Under the pieces are notes generated by a model that saw nothing but the letters and a program-made list of their open reading frames with translations, did no database searches and was not told where the DNA came from. Positions 35,135-37,677 of a stretch of 37,677 nucleotides of DNA are shown here, piece after piece (position 1 is the first letter of the stretch; every line of letters starts with the position of its first letter). This DNA is from Lenisia limosa (Eukaryota; Protista; Breviatea): contig LPNZ01011378.1 of assembly GCA_001655205.1 (NCBI GenBank), positions 1 to 37,677 on the forward strand, in the 5' to 3' direction. A program made the position numbers and the translations under genes.

Positions 35135-37274
35135 ATGCCTCCAAGGTTTGCGTTAAGCCGGGGTATCTTGAAACTGAAGCATCCCTCCGCATCCCCCTTT
35201 ATATATGTGTCATATAATTCAATATTAAGTATAATATCAAGAGCCTACCGTACATGGATTCTTGTCTGACCAGATCTTCTCTATTTCACTTCCATCTGCC
35301 ACTGTTGATCACTGTTTTACTGTGACTTAGGAAAAAACCGGACTTTCCGGACTCAAATCGTCCCCAGGAGGCGAAAAAGGGTATGGGGTGATATCACATA
35401 AGGCAATCCTCCAATGTTGATTGATCTGTATTTTGGTCGTTATGCTTGTCAGTTCGTGTGGGGTAGGTGTAATCTGACTACACTGAGCCGTTAGCCAATT
35501 ATTTGAGTTAGTTTAAATGGTAAAGCATTTATTATCCTGATCTTTGGGATGCTGTGGACGGCTTTGGCTTATAGACCTTTACAATATATTTCTCTCTGAA
35601 CACTTCGACAGTTACATTTTCCAACTTTTCTTAACCCCATTCTGTTCTATGAAATGATGTCCTGTCCTCTCTTGGGTGCAAGAAAATATGCGTCACAACA
35701 ACTCTTGTATTTATATCAATAGATAAACAAATGGAGTATTTAGTTTTATGGGAACATTTCGTTATACTGTCCAGTCCGTTAATCTATGTGTACGCCACAG
35801 ATTCATTTTTAGTTTGATGATTTTGAGTGTATCAGAGGAGATTGTAGTAGTAGAGCCTGTTGGGGATATCTAAAATCTTAGATTTAATCTTATAACAATC
35901 ATGCCATTCTGTTGAGAGTCTACCCCGCGCTCACCTAGCAGATATGACGGATGAGGAACTCTCTGACATGTATGCCAAAATCCTCAAGCTTTCGGCTGAA
36001 AATGTGAGCTTCTCTTTGGAACCATTTTCTCATTTTGAGAGGGCAACAAGTTTATGTAATTTGGAATAAAATGTTTTTCGGTTCCAGAGAATAATTGTCA
36101 TGGGCATTTGGTTTTAGTTTTAGCTTTTTTTTTTTGTTTTGTTTTTGTCAGTGGATTGCCCTTTGCATATCATTTTATTCACTGAGTACATGCATGGTAC
36201 ACCATCGATGCCATGACAGCCAAGAGGGAAGCTCACTATTTCAGAAAATCACAGCGAAAAACAGTTGGTCCATTCCACTGATCGATCACATCGACAAAGT
36301 CACCCAGGAAGAGGGTATGTTGGTCTTGATGGAAAATGATTTGGTAAATAATGTTATATGCTCAAGTATAATACAATGTGTATGGTCGACCAGATACTCC
36401 CTTCTTGTTTTCTTCTTATTTCTACGTCTTAATGAAAGTAGTGTTATTGTCTCTTCTCTTTAGTAGAAACCCGAAAACAGTAAATGTGAAATATTCTGCC
36501 CCATTGTTTATACTAATGATTAGGTCATAATAAGAATCATTGTCTATACTAATGATTTGGTCATAATCAGGATCGATTATCGTAGCAATGACAAGTATCG
36601 CCATGAAATATTATAATGATGTAGATGGAACAACAAACTTTGCGAAAGCTTCCTGTACGCTTGACGCTTCCGTCAAAATCTACTCCCACAGGTTGGCTCA
36701 TATGTTGGGTGTCTCCTTTGCTGTTTAACCGCCAGATCTTTATGATCCAAGTTGAAATAGAGCTTGCATTTTTTTACTGCAAAACTCTGCGGTTTTGTTT
36801 TCTTCTTTCCACATAGGATGTTAGTTTTCACGAGGACTCCATTCCAGGCCCTCTTATTTAAAATTTATTGCACTAAGTCCTAATACTTTGGCAGTAGTGG
36901 CACTTTTCCCCTCATTTCTCTTCAGAGTTGACAACACGCATAAGTCGACTTTTGATGTACTATCGGGTATCAGTAGTATGACAAAAGGTGAGAACCAGTG
37001 ATTATTTAACTGTGTTGAATATTGACAGCTATGTCTGTTATATATGTTGATTGACTGGGCAAACGCGGGTTTTGGGTAACTATACCTTCTTTCCTTGCCG
37101 TATTAAGAAAGTTACAACTCTTTGAGTTCAATATGTGAGAAAAGAACGTTGCAATATCGACCAAGAAATGCCATCCCCACTTCTCTGATGTAACGTTTTC
37201 TCCAGACCCCCCGAAGAAGACTGACGAAGAAAGTGAAGATGAAGATGACCCTGACAACCCCAAAGAAGGACTGG
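35135..37274 (+). CDS. NCAPH: Condensin complex subunit 2 (kleisin; barren/Brn1/Cnd2), 5' portion; start and first exons tentative, continues past window
   Basis: Exons 35942-36003, 36245-36314, 36625-36691, from 36926 and from 37206 give MYAKILKLSAEN|KITAKNSWSIPLIDHI..|DGTTNFAKASCTLDASVKIYSHR|VDNTHKSTFDVLSGI, then an acidic stretch. This is the conserved N-terminal kleisin motif of Cnd2/NCAPH. Confidence 0.93.
36510..36570. repeat. 36-bp-period duplication (TATACTAATGATT-GGTCATAAT) in an NCAPH intron
   Basis: Two near-identical copies visible. Confidence 0.75.
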
Positions 37275-37677
37275 GTATATTAGATGGGGGGGGGGGGGNN
37301 NNNNNNNNNNNNNNNNNNNNNNNNNNNNNNNNNNNNNNNNNNNNNNNNNNNNNNNNNNNNNNNNNNNNNNNNNNNNNNNNNNNNNNNNNNNNNNNNNNNN
37401 NNNNNNNNNNNNNNNNNNTTGTAAAATGTCCAGGTCTGTGTTTATTTGTTTTTGTAGATACACAATTTCGTTTGAATTTTAGAATATATGTCTGAAATGG
37501 CGTATTCCAAAACAAAGTAGATCACATTGAAAGCAATGAGTCCAAATAATGAATAATTCCCCAATGATCAATTCACTGATACCTTTTTGTCAACTTTAAT
37601 ATGCCTAGCCAAAGCGAAGGCTAAAGCGAGGCGGAATGGCAAGCTTAATAGCACCATTGAAAATGATGAGTCCAAAC

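Noticed and set aside
35100-35700. Possible small minus-strand gene (VADGSEIEKIWSDKNP...)
   Set aside because: No recognisable homology, phases not uniquely consistent, and the region is better explained as the NCAPH 5' end.
127-37515. Most ORFs in the supplied track, especially the X-rich ones
   Set aside because: Artefacts of N gaps, intronic read-through or antisense frames; real exons are shorter than the ORF cut-off.

Overview
Eukaryotic genomic DNA from a very intron-dense organism. Exons are mostly 40-140 nt, introns are AT-rich GT-AG, and many N gaps sit next to G/C homopolymers. The supplied ORF track is largely uninformative, so genes were rebuilt by hand from splice sites, exon phase and protein motifs. 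Five genes are supported: (1) the 3' part of RAD50 (+, 163-2964); (2) one very large minus-strand gene (~3908-27130, ~75-80 exons, roughly 2,000-2,300 aa by estimate) whose exons splice in phase into cNMP-binding, RapGAP, CNH, unknown ~500-550 aa region, REM, RA-like and CDC25 RasGEF domains in that order; (3) a secreted beta-propeller-like protein (+, 27304 to ~31449); (4) gamma-glutamyl hydrolase (-, 31552-34879); (5) the 5' part of the condensin kleisin NCAPH/Brn1 (+, from ~35135). A ~0.9-kb MITE-like element with terminal inverted repeats and an internal 55-bp palindrome sits in an intron of the large gene. The main finding is the large gene: a cyclic-nucleotide-sensing protein carrying both a Rap-GAP and a Ras/Rap-GEF, an architecture I do not know from any characterised protein. 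The lineage is probably a protist, possibly amoebozoan, but that is weak inference. No prokaryotic features, RNA genes or CRISPR arrays were seen.
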